A DNA stretch of 64,000 nucleotides from contig NC_087447.1 in NCBI RefSeq assembly GCF_036321535.1, positions 38,132,001 to 38,196,000 on the forward strand. Reading direction: 5' to 3'. The position numbers and the translations under genes are program-made. Within the stretch, counting starts at the first letter, position 1, and every line of letters starts with the position of its first letter. Source of the DNA: Camelus dromedarius (Eukaryota). This document shows positions 1-12,119 of this stretch, piece after piece. The notes below the pieces were generated by a model, which was not told where the DNA came from, made no database searches, and saw only the letters and a program-made list of their open reading frames with translations.

Positions 1-856
1 GAAAGAGTCTAATGCAAGTTATATGCCTGTGGTTTTCACCTAGAGAGCTTTCCAAATCATTTTTCTATTCTTATTCTTTATAAAACTGCTCATCTCTGTT
101 TGTTTAATTTTTCCAAGTAAGGGTGTAGCTTTGTCATGAGGGAGTAACAGAGTTTTGAATCCCAGGCTAGGAATTTGGGCAGTGTTCCACAGGCATTGAT
201 AAATGTCCAAAAACTTAATGACAGAAAAACTATATAATAAAAGTTTTGTTTAAGGAAGATTTCTGGTGGAAGATGGATCAGGCAGTGAAGGATATTAGAA
301 ATAAGAAGGATAATTCAACAACCCAGGTAAGGAATAATGAAAGCATGAAACAGTATAGGCAAACTGATAAAGGGGGAAAAAAGAAGAGAGAGGAAAAGAG
401 GTTCAGAGACAGACTTGACAACTGATATCTGCAGAGTAAGGTAACAGGATGCAAAGATAACACCAAGTTTTCTAGGTAAATCAATTTTGTAAGCAACCAC
501 AAAACTAGAAGATAGAAGCATAAGGACAGAACAATAGTAGTAATGGATAGAAAAGCAGCTGGGGGGATGAGAAATTTGGTTTCAGACATAGTTTCAGGGA
601 GCAAGAGATTCAATACTGAAATCACACAATATTGAAACCACAGTCCGGGCCATTTAAAATTACAGTCAGAGAAGCTATCATCAGAATCCAAAGCTGCATT
701 CATATCAAATCTAGGATATGTGATCTCCCTTCCGGAAGACTCAAATAAATTCACAATGAATGCCTCATGATTCCAGAGTTATAAGCCTATTTGTTTTGTG
801 CTACTAAAGCCTAAAGAATCCTGAACAAAATGTCACCATACATTAAAGGCCTATAG

Positions 857-1070
857 TTATGCTGTCTAATATGGTTGCTGTTTGTCTATATGATCGTCGT
901 ATATGGCTCTTTATATTTTAATTAAGTAAAATTAAATCAGATTTAAATAAAGTTCCTTAGTCTTACTAGACACATTTCAAGTGATCAATAGCCACTTGTA
1001 GCTAGGGACGACCAAATTGGATGTACAGATACAAAATGTTCCCACCATAGAAATTCTACTGGACAGCACT
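857..1070. mobile_element. hAT-Charlie MITE, MER33/MER3-like
   Basis: Termini tgctgtctaata...tggacagcactg; internal catttcaagtgatcaatagccac. Confidence 0.75.
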
Positions 1071-2765
1071 GATCTAGAGACTTGGATTTCAAAAGGAAGA
1101 GTGGTTTCAAGTGCTTCACACATTCCCATTTACTCTATGTTCAAAGTACACTTAGAAATATATTAGCGAGAGGCTCCAGCTTCTGCACACTAGAAAAATT
1201 TCTTCTAGCCTTCTCTCTTTAAAGTAGATGTTTCATATTACTACCAATTACTTTATTCTCTAAGTTTCTAAATCTTTCATGAGGCATATAGTTTTGTTTT
1301 AATCAGTGTTAAGTAAATACGTTGAATCTGCCTATATTTACTTTTAACTCAGAGATCTGTTCACATAAAGATTAGTTTTCCTTGGACCATGCTTCTATTT
1401 TAATATCAGTCGTGCAAGGCAGCAGGATAAAAATAACCTTAACTCAATGTATTAAATGTTTCTTTAATTTTAAATGTGTTGCTGTTACATCAGTGTGATG
1501 GGAAGTTGAAAAAATAAAATCATTTTCATCATTCTTCTTAAGCCCAAAAATATTCTCAAGATGATGTATCCCATGGTTAAGAAATATGACTGAAAATGTC
1601 ATATTTTCAGTTCCTCACGTCATTTACTTTGTCATATCCTGCTTCCATTAAGAAAAAATCGACAACAACAACAAAAACAGAAATGTTATCATGTTTAGGC
1701 TCTGGGCAAGCTTTGGAATAAAGCTCACTTTCCTGTAATATTCTCTTCATACTTGCATCTATTCCTGTTTTATGTATCATTTCACTCAGTTTTTCCTTTA
1801 AAAATACTTGCACGTATTATAGAAGATTCAAACTACTTACAGAAGAATCTGGAAAATTCCAATTATCTGATCATATTTCATATATTAGAAGTTAGCACAA
1901 ATTTTAACAGATAAGAAGCTATGATACAACCCTGCCACCTACTGTTCCAAATGTGTAACTACACAGCTCAAGCTGAACAAAGTACAGCACATGCTCAGTG
2001 GTAACAGGGGTGGTTTAACAGATTCATACTAACTCCAATTTTATTAACATGGTTAGGTAATTGACTAAATAGAAGCTTATAGCTCACACAAGAGATCAAC
2101 ATCTTTCTTGGCATTTAAAAGGCAAAGTATCATATCCTTTGTTATCAGTAAATGGGGTATATTTACATTCAGAAGATTTCAGCTCCTGCATTTTCCCAGC
2201 TTCACTTGGTTGTAGTTACTGATACCTTCCCTTTATGGGATTACCACAGTTTAGTTCCAGGTAAATCCTCAACAGAAAATAGGCTCTGTTAGTAGTCTTG
2301 GTTCTCCAGCAGGAACAGGGCTTGAAAGAGCGTTGCTACCTTATGTCCGACGTCTGCAGTAATTTCTAGGGGGAGCCCTGGGAATGCGCCTCCTTCCACA
2401 AGTCAGAACCAACTTCTGAATACTATGCTGTGGACTGGTGACTGCTCCTAATACAGCCAACTCTACCAATTTAAAAGGTTCCCTAGTGCCTGTCCTAAAT
2501 TGATACTCATTTCCTTAAACTGCCTCCCCAGTTCATGTTCTTAAGGCTGCAGCATGCTCTGTACCCAGCTTACCTATTTGGGGGGAAAACGTAGATTACC
2601 TATAAGAATCAGTTTTTTTATCGGGCTTCACTACTAGCCATGCCATCCTACACCTAAAACTCTTCAACTGTTCCTTTATGCTCTTAGAGCTGCTTCGAAC
2701 TTCATTCACAGAAACAAACTGGAGGTATTAGATTTAGATTTCTTTAAAAGGCTCCGGTGATTTTA

Positions 2766-2921
<156 letters not shown>

Positions 2922-3004
2922 TTAACAACAGTTAAAATGGTCACCCTTTAATATGCCGTATAAGTGATACTAAAGATGGCACATGAAAATATAAATACGA
3001 GATG

Positions 3005-3240
3005 CAGTAGACCCTTGAACAACTCGGGGGTTGGGGTGCCAATGCTCCGTGCAGTGGAATATTGGGCTTTGCCTTACAGTTGGCCCTCCCTATGCACACT
3101 TCCACCGTATCAGGGATTCTGCATCGGTGGATTCAACCAACCGCAGATGGTGTAGTACTGTACTATTTACTCCTGAAAAAAAATCTGCGTGTTAGCGTGG
3201 ACTTGCTCAGTTCAAACCCATGTTGTTCAAGGGTCAACTG
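3005..3240. mobile_element. Tigger2-derived MITE (TcMar)
   Basis: Terminal inverted repeats cagtagacccttgaacaac / gttgttcaagggtcaactg, followed by TA. Confidence 0.85.
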
Positions 3241-5469
3241 TACTTTTTTAGCATGTTCAGGAGACACAAAACATTTTATTCTGAAAATCTGTCAATTTTA
3301 CTCCAAATATCACATCTATACTGTTGTTCTAATTTATCTTCCCTCTACTAAGAAATCATTTCTAACTCCCTACTGTTTAACTAAAGCTTCTTTCTCTTGG
3401 ACACTTTACTCCTAATTTTATGCAAAATAAGCTGACAACTTTAAAAGTAGATATGAAAGAATTACCCTAAAAAATGACTTCAGATGGCAAGCTTAGGATC
3501 AGGGATGATCAGCCCTAAACAGTTAAACTGCAGAATTTTGAGCTACCCTTTGAATTAATGATTAAATTAAATTCAGAACACCTTTACATTAAGAGTATTT
3601 TCCCTAATTTTTGAAAATATTCTCAATTAACACAAACATTAACCAGAAAATTCCATTTTTGACCACAATGAATAGATGTTTTACTGAGATTTATATAAAA
3701 TTTTGTTTTCCGCTTCTTATGAATTTTCCCTATCAGCAGACATGAAACCATCTCAGATATTTAAATTTTCTCAGGGATGTTGATTTTGTAAAGGTTCGAT
3801 ATTAGTAAGACACACAGTGGAAAAGTTGTTTATGTAACAACTTTTTGGATTATAATTTAGGTCCATATAATCTTTCTTAGTTCTTAACACATATACAAGA
3901 CATTTACTTTAAATTATCTGTTCCAACTCCCATTTCCTTACTAATCTTTTTTTTAATAAATGCTATTGCTCTTTTCTGAAGTGACATTAGGCTTTGTATA
4001 TTTTTTTCCAAAAACAGATAACTCAGATATGAAATTCACATAAGAAGTTTAAAGAACACAAAGAAATAAGGGTTACTTCCTGGCTCTTGTATGACTTATT
4101 TCTATCAGTAAATTCCAGTACTCAAAGTAAGTCTGATTAACTACAATGTTCAGGAAATGAAGCAGTTAGGCATCCTGCTTAATTAATATTGTTCTTAAAA
4201 TGTTTCTCAAATGTACCAGTACACTTTTCTACATAGTCAACATAGTAACAAACATAATACTGATATCAATGTGATTTTTATAATTAAGATTTTTAAGAAT
4301 TACTGTTTTTTAAAATCACTATTCTAAACATCAAATGTCAATGGAAAGTGCAAAGAAAGAGCAACATAATAAATGAAAACTAACTCAAGAATGTATTAGT
4401 TATTTCATTGATGAATTTATTGCTATTCCTCTTTGATGCTTGTGATTAACCTCTTTTTCATTGGGAGAGTGCTAAAAAAAGTGCCATATAACAGCACCAC
4501 TGTTAATTGCGTTTTGAGTAATGCAGGTGCCACTGTATACACTTTAAAAACAAAAGCATCATGTAAGTTCCAATGGTCCAGATTTGTGATCAGTAATGAT
4601 CAAAATTTTGCACTAATCAAAGTTGCTTAATTTTTCAACATTTCTATACAATAATGCCAAAAAGAACTAAATGAAATTAACTGATGATCAAAATCCCTCC
4701 AAAAACTTTTTATTTAACTTTTTTAAGCTCTATATACACTATTACAATGAACAAAATTAACTGATTTGAATCTCATCTTCTCTTAGTCAGTTTCTTTAAC
4801 CAGTAGAATAAAGTAGTTAAACTAGAATCATGTCTGAAATATTTGTTTTTAAAGTTTTATGAGTTTAGCTATTGGTAACGATATTGATAGTCACATAAAA
4901 GAATTAAAAGCACTCTGAATAGGCATAATGTATACCTATTTAGAACAGTATTTATTATTTTCTAAAGGAAATCCTATTTTGAATTATTGATATCTAAAGA
5001 GAAATTAATCCCATATTTACAGATGGAGAAATTAATGGGTATTGGGCTATAGCAATCTCCAGTGGGTAAGGAGGGGTGAGAGTGACAGCTGCAAAGAAAA
5101 TGTGACCATCAATTTATAAGAATGCTATGTGATTTCACAGAATAAATATTATAATGATCATTTTTTTGTTTCAAAAGAAAAATCCTTGTTTCTACAGAAT
5201 AAAATAGATTAATGACACAATTTGATTACTAGTTGGTTGTACAGCCTGGAAGTAAATTTGCTTGTTGTTCTCTACTTCTTACAAACAATAACAACAATAA
5301 TAAAAATAGTTATTACTGATGAAGGTATAACAGCTAATTACAGCAATATTATTTAGAATAAAAACTAAATACTTGCTTAGAACTATCTGAGGTTACAACT
5401 ACCTCTAAAGTCCCAAGGAGCTCAAGGTGTTGTAAGAGAAGCTGGCCCTTTAAAAAGAAATTCTGTTTC

Positions 5470-5656
5470 GGCCCTCTCTCGCTCCCTCCTCTTCAGAGAC
5501 TGCCCGCACTCTGTCTATGGAGTGTGTGCCTACTTTTACTTTAACCTGAGCACCCACCTCCCACACCTCTTTCCTTTCCTTTCCCTTGCTTTACATTCTA
5601 TGCAGTATGTATCTCTCTAAATAAATCTACCTTTACTCAAAAAAAAAAAAAAAAAA
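5470..5656 (+). mobile_element. L1-mediated retrocopy of an ERV1 (MER41/LTR39-like) LTR R-region with poly(A) tail and 18-bp TSD
   Basis: TSD aaaaagaa(a/t)ttctgtttc at 5452-5469 and 5652-5669; AATAAA at 5620-5625; A18 at 5639-5656; motif ctctgtctatggagt resembles MER41-group R regions. Confidence 0.7.
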
Positions 5657-5733
5657 GAATTTCTGTTTCTCTAAGATTTACAGGGGTAGTTTTAATTTGA
5701 AAACACTAAATGTGATGAATAGGGGGCTGATTA

Positions 5734-5994
<261 letters not shown>

Positions 5995-6423
5995 CTAGAA
6001 AAGAAAAAAAAAAGTAAAATTATCTATTTGTTACAGAGAAAACTTAACATTTAAGAAAACAACTCTACTTTAAATCAAAGTCCATCTAACAATAACTAAG
6101 TGATTGAATCCTATTAAATATTTTCATCTATTTGGACACGGCATAAATGACACAGCAAATAGTATGATTCTAACCTAAAGTCTTTTGATGCTTAAGTATG
6201 TAGCAGATATTGTCAACTTTAATTTTTTTCTGTATTTTTCATTAGCATGTCTCACATTTAATGGTATTCATTACTGACTTACTTTATAAGTAGTATGGAG
6301 CCAAATCTGTATTTATTTCAGAATCTATAATTTGGGCGTTTTCATTAATTGATGATTTCCTTCCCTTTATTGTAAAAATTTCTTTTAAATGTACACAGCA
6401 TTTTTCATTTACACCTCACTTAA

Positions 6424-6670
6424 GAGGCAGTCTAGCATAGTGACAAGGCTTTGATGCAAAGACATCCAAGTCTGAAATCTAGACTTTAACCCTAACTGTG
6501 TTACCTGGAGCAAGTTATTTAACATCTGAACTTTTCAGTTTCTTCACTGTAAAGTGGGGATAACATCTACCTCATTAAGGGCTGATGTGAGAATTAAATC
6601 TGATAATACATGGAAAGCACAAAGCGTCGTATAGTGCATATATTTAAAGTGCAATAAATAATACTATTAT
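6424..6670 (+). mobile_element. MIR SINE
   Basis: Core: caagttatttaacatctgaacttttcagtttcttcactgtaaagtggggataac...gtgagaattaaat. Confidence 0.75.
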
Positions 6671-7599
6671 CAATATTATGGAAAATGATGAGATAAAGAT
6701 AGAGAAAAAAGGTTTCAGAGTTCAAAGGAATAGTGGTAACATTGAACTGAATGGTTAGCATGCAACAAATAGCACGAGGATGGGCCCCAAAAAATGGATG
6801 GGAAATACATTTTTCTAATTTAGAAAAAAATTTCCATTGATGTATACATACAATACGCTTTTTACTTCTTAAAAATACATATATACAATGTTCAATTCAA
6901 TTACCCACAGAAATAAATGCACTGATCATCAGAACAGTGAATTAAATGTTAATGTATTAGATCAACTCTTATGCCTAGAACAACTGGTCTAAAAAAGGCC
7001 GAAATAAAATACAAATAGCATCCATTTTGAGGCATCAGAGCACAATCAAGCAGCCACGGCTTGAAAGAACAAGAACCCAGGGTTAAGAGAAAAGATTGAC
7101 ATGAACCCAATATTCTGTGTTATTTTTTCCCCTCAAGGAATTTGCTACCAATTCATAACTGGCACAGGGCAGAAAGGATGAGAAGCAGAGCAGCTAAGAG
7201 ACTAGGAAACAGCATAGAGCTTCCTATAGTCTCAAGGGGCCAGAGGCCAAAACTGTAATTTAGGGTTGTAAAGACAAGGAGAGCTTTAAAGGCCAGGCAA
7301 GATCCCAGAGAGAAGAGGAAATCAAAGATGCAAGCCTGAATTCAGAACTGCTTTCCCCAAGAAGATATTTGCCAATTTGTAAACAGTGGCCAAGTGATGG
7401 AGAAACCAAACAGAAATCCTCAAAAAGATTTCTATTTTGAAAGTAAAATACGTCTTTCAGCAGTCGCAAAGCCAGAGGGAACAAAAGGAGTTCAGAGAAA
7501 AATATCACTAACCAAACTGTTTTAAGAAGAGACAGAAAACTGAGTAGTTCTAAAATTATTAATGAAACGTAATAATTTAAAACTTGTCCATTAAAAAGA

Positions 7600-9270
7600 G
7601 CTTCAAACTGAGATGTCTTCAACAGAGCATTCTTACAAAGGAAGAATACCCATCTTACCAAACTTTTCTAGATAACAGAAATCTCACCTTATTTTATGAG
7701 GCCAGTATACCCTTTATACCAAAAACATGCCAAGAACATTATGAAAAACAATTATCAGACAACTCTCTCTCATAAACATGGATTCAAAATTCCAAAAAAA
7801 TAAATAAAATCCAGTGATACATTTTTTAAAAAGAAAATACATGTTGATCAAATTTGCTTTATTCTGGGAAGTCAGGGATGGTTCAACATAGGCACAAAAA
7901 TTAAAAAGTATAACTTATCACATTAGTAGAATAAATGGGGAGAAACCCAGGCATCATCTCAATAGGTACAGAAAAAAGCATCTGGTAAAATTCTATACCC
8001 ATTCACTAGTTAAAAGAGAAAAAAAGTTTTTTAGTAAACTGGAATTAGTCTAGAACTTCCTTAATCTGATAAAAGGTATCGATAGAAAACATTAGTGGTG
8101 AACATGTTGAACATTTACTCCCCGTGTTCATGAACAAGACAGGCTGCCTACTGGTACTGCTTCTATTCAGCACAGCATTGGAGGTCCTGAACAGCACAGC
8201 AATGCGAGAGAAAAGGATTGGAAATAAATAAATAAATAAATCTGTCTTTATTTGTTGATGACATTATTGTATCCCTAAAGGCTCTAAAAGAATCCTCAGA
8301 CTAGCTATTAGAAATAATAGTAAATTTATTAGCAAGGACACTGGATACAAGGATCAATAAATAAAAATCAACTGAATTTCAATGAGGGGGAGAGAGAAGA
8401 ACAAAAGGGACAGAGGTACCTGATACCATTTATCACTCTACAAGGTGATACTGCTCTCAACCATTACTGCTTACTTATCTTTAGATTTACCAGTAATTCA
8501 GATACTCTTCTAATTGGAAACTGAGGATCTGGGTGGATATAAGTGATGAGAAAGGCCACTATCTAGATAGAACAAGGAATCAGCCCCTTTTAGGTCAGAT
8601 GTTGCCTTCTTGACTTCATTTGACTGTAATAGTTACATCAGAGAAGGTTTTATTCCTAATGGGCTATTGTGGCTATTCCATTAATAGTTTAAAAATAAAA
8701 ATCAACCATTCAAAGGGATGTTCATTTTTCAAAATTTGGTGTTGGGACAACTAATAAATGTAATAAATAGAGGTAATGTTTCTATGAACAGAAATGATAA
8801 AGATTTAATATTTTTTAATGCTTATCTATTAGTATGAAAAATGTCAAGTTTCAAAACAGCATATGAAGCATAATTTACAATTCTGTAGACTAGAATATAT
8901 AAACACATTTCAATACAATGAAGAAATGGAAAAAATCTACAAAGATATACCAAGTAAGTTAACAAAAGTAACAGAGCTATTGCTTGATGGTTGAGTGATT
9001 TTTCTTTTTTCTCCTTTACTTCTATTTTCAGTTCTTCTGATACCAACATAAAGTAATCAAAAATATCTTTATAAAGTTCATAAATAAGCAAAACTAATTG
9101 CTAGAAATCAGGATAGGGATTTTCTTTGGAAACATAAGTAATGACTAGAATGCTACATAAGTGAGGCTTCTGGGATGCTGGTAATGTTCTATTTCTTGTG
9201 ACATGGGTTGTTTAATTTTGGAAAATTCACTGAGCCATGTACTTCTCTGTATGTATAATTCAATAAAAAC
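7600..9270 (+). mobile_element. Degraded ancient L1 (L1M/L1ME-type) ORF2 and 3' fragments in intron 2
   Basis: ORF2 remnants (ttttatgaggccagtataccctttataccaaaa; gggatggttcaacata; cttctattcagcacagcattggaggtcct) and an old L1 3' end finishing in aataaaaa near 9265. Confidence 0.7.
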
Positions 9271-9510
9271 TCTACAGAAAACTCTTGAGCATTTTAGCTT
9301 CCTTAATAGAATATATTTTCAGTTGCTTTGCTTTTTCTCATATATTGCCTTTAATCTATTTTTTTCCTCTGTGGATCAGTTGTCCACAGTTGGGGGGAGG
9401 AGCTCATCAAAGAAATTTTTTTATCTACCTAAATGAAAGTTCTGTTTATTTTACTTCAGCTTAGGAAAAGTCTTATGGCATAGAAATCTTCTGAATGTAA
9501 TTTTAACTTA

Positions 9511-9630
<120 letters not shown>

Positions 9631-10560
9631 TCACTTAGTTACAAACCAGAAATAAATGAACAAATATATGTAAAGACAAATGAAGCATCTTCAATTACAG
9701 ATACCTAAAATAGCTTAAAGTTTGGGAAAGGAATTGGGAAAGTGAGAATAAAAATTATCTCTAGATGGAGTATTTCATTAATTATGTAATCTGTGATTGA
9801 GAAATCAAAAGAATAGTCAGAATAAAGTCACTTAAAAAGCTATAGTAACCTTCAAAATATCTATTACCACAGAACCGAAAACATAAATCCAAAATCACAT
9901 CCATCCACTAAAAATACAAGAAAAATTACAAATCACCACTCTTTCCTCATCTCCACCTTCTCCAAAGGCTCATAATTTGTCATCTTAACCCAGAGTCAGT
10001 AGGTGGCACTATTTCCTTACCAATTAGGCACCTCTCAAAAGCACTTTAAAAAGTTTGTCCTGTGGTTTAGATTAAGTAAAGGAATGGGTTTATAAAAAAA
10101 CAACACACAACCTTTTTGGTATACAGATAGTTAGTTATGGTTTTCCTGTTTGTCTCATTTATAGATTATCCATGGTACCAGACTAGTTTTTTCCTGCCTT
10201 TCTCTTCTTAGTAGGCTGTCTTCCTGGCTACTTCCCCATTCAATAGTCACTATAATCAAGGAGATAAAATTAGCTTTAATTTAACAAGTTATAACTGCTA
10301 CACATGGTTAATCCTAAATTTCTTTTACGTTTACTTAGTTAATAAATAGGTCTCCTTTTGCCTAAATAATATTTATAATTGTGATTTTCTACATAGCTTT
10401 GAACCCTAGTCTGGAAATAAGTGTAATTAATTGGTAATGCAATCAAAGAATTTCAATGTACTGAAATATTTGTGTCGTTTCCTGCCTTTTGATTGTTAGG
10501 GATCCTGGTTGCAAAAGATCTTAAAATGTTATCTACTCTCTCACTGGTCCAATATTTTAT

Positions 10561-10772
10561 TAGGAGTTGGCAGATTTTTTCTTACAAATACTAAACATTT
10601 TAGGCTTTGCAAGGCACACAAGGTCTCTATGGCATATTAGTTGCTTTTTGTTTTTGTTTTACAACCCCTTAAGGTGCAAAACAAAACGAAACAAATATCC
10701 TTAGCTCAATGGTCATACAAAAACAGGTTGTGGGCAGGATTTGATCAGTAGGCTATAGCTTGCTGACCCCTA
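10561..10772. mobile_element. MER58-like hAT MITE
   Basis: Termini aggagttggcaga...ttgctgacccct; internal catacaaaaacaggttgtgggcaggatttg. Confidence 0.7.
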
Positions 10773-11199
10773 TTTTAAATAACATAATCACTTTAAAAAA
10801 TTGTTAGTTGTCATTATCACCATCTCCTTGTCAACATCCTTGCAGAAGGTCATCTCTTGCCAGTGAAAAGAAACCTACCTACTTCTTTCCAAAGAAAACC
10901 CAGACATACTACAACCACTTAACAAAATTCATGGACCAGTACCTGCAAAATGGCTATGGTATAGCTAACATGCAAAATATATAATATATATTAGTAGACT
11001 CTTCAAATTTATGCAGTATTTTTATGGCCCTAAGTGTAGTCTTCATATAATTATTTCAGGTTGTGATTTAACCAGGCTACATTCTAGATTCTAGAGACAA
11101 TGCAATTTGGGACATTAATAACTTCCTAATAAGCACATTCACACTAAGATTAACATAACCTAAAATCCCTAGGTTTCTTTTATATCTGACATACATGCT

Positions 11200-11600
11200 C
11201 TGTTTTCTGCATGCTATTCTTACACAACTGGCTTTTTAGACCCAACTGCAATATTTTACTTCTGACCTGGTTTCAGCCTGCCAAACTTTCCTTGGAGAGT
11301 GAGGATGTCAACTAGCCTATTCATCATTCCTCCCATCATCGTGACGCTGGTAAATCTGATGTTTCCTTAAGTTCACTAACAGAAGTACAGAGTAGACAGG
11401 AGTGCAGACAGAATCACATGATGGGTCACTAAGGATTACCTATGAGATTTGCATTCAGAGTCTATGAAATTGTCTAGCTTACTTTCATCCAATCCATACT
11501 TCATTTCCTCCACAAGGATACTATCAAACAGTGACATACCTATATCTCGTTTCTCTAAGTCACTAGTCTAAGTAGAAGTGACTTCTTGCTAATCCCAGTA
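11200..11600 (-). mobile_element. CR1/L3 LINE fragment
   Basis: Degenerate similarity to the L3 RT region (cattcctcccatcatcgtgacgctggtaaatctgatg...gacaggagtgcagacagaatc). Confidence 0.5.
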
Positions 11601-11735
11601 TACTTTCATTAGGATGGTTTCTTAACGTTGAGTGTTCCTTGCCCCCTACTTCATTAGCCTATATGATTAAATATTATCTTTTAAAATATTTGCATTCCAA
11701 TGCCAAAAGGCATATTTATATTCATATTATGCATT

Positions 11736-11877
11736 TTTTAATTTAATTTTTTTTTTTTTTTGCAGGAGGGTAAGTAGGTTTATTTGTTTATTTTTTCGAT
11801 GGAGGTACTGGGGATTGAACCCAGGACCTCGTGCATACTAAGCATGCACTCTACCACTTGAACTATACCCATCTCCC
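11736..11877 (-). mobile_element. tRNA-Ala-derived camelid SINE (Vic-1-like), 14-bp TSD
   Basis: Reverse complement gives a tRNA-like head with A/B boxes (gtggtagag; gggttcaatcccc) and an A-rich tail. TSD tcatattatgcatt at 11722-11735 and 11878-11891. Confidence 0.9.
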
Positions 11878-11883
11878 TCATAT

Positions 11884-12119
11884 TATGCATTCTTAACAGT
11901 AGTCCTATCACTCCCAAGAAGGTCAGAATTGGTAACTACGGGGCAAAAAAAAAATCTTTAAAATGGTTGTAGCCCTCCTATCACTACAGTACATAAACAG
12001 ATATACTAAATCTATGGTATTAAAATTTCACACAGGGGGAGGAATGATTAAGGGAAAAATATCTAAAAAGGCTCCTTACGGGGAAGATGATAATTTTTTC
12101 TAAAGGTTGAAAAACACTG
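11884..12119. mobile_element. hAT-Charlie MITE (subfamily uncertain)
   Basis: Ends tatgcattcttaac...aaggttgaaaaacactg; internal cagtacataaacagatatac and tctaaaaaggctcctta. Confidence 0.65.

Noticed and set aside
278..754. 158-aa hydrophobic ORF, the longest in the track
   Set aside because: Low-complexity L/F/S composition from the reverse strand of purine-rich, probably L2-derived sequence; no recognisable domain.
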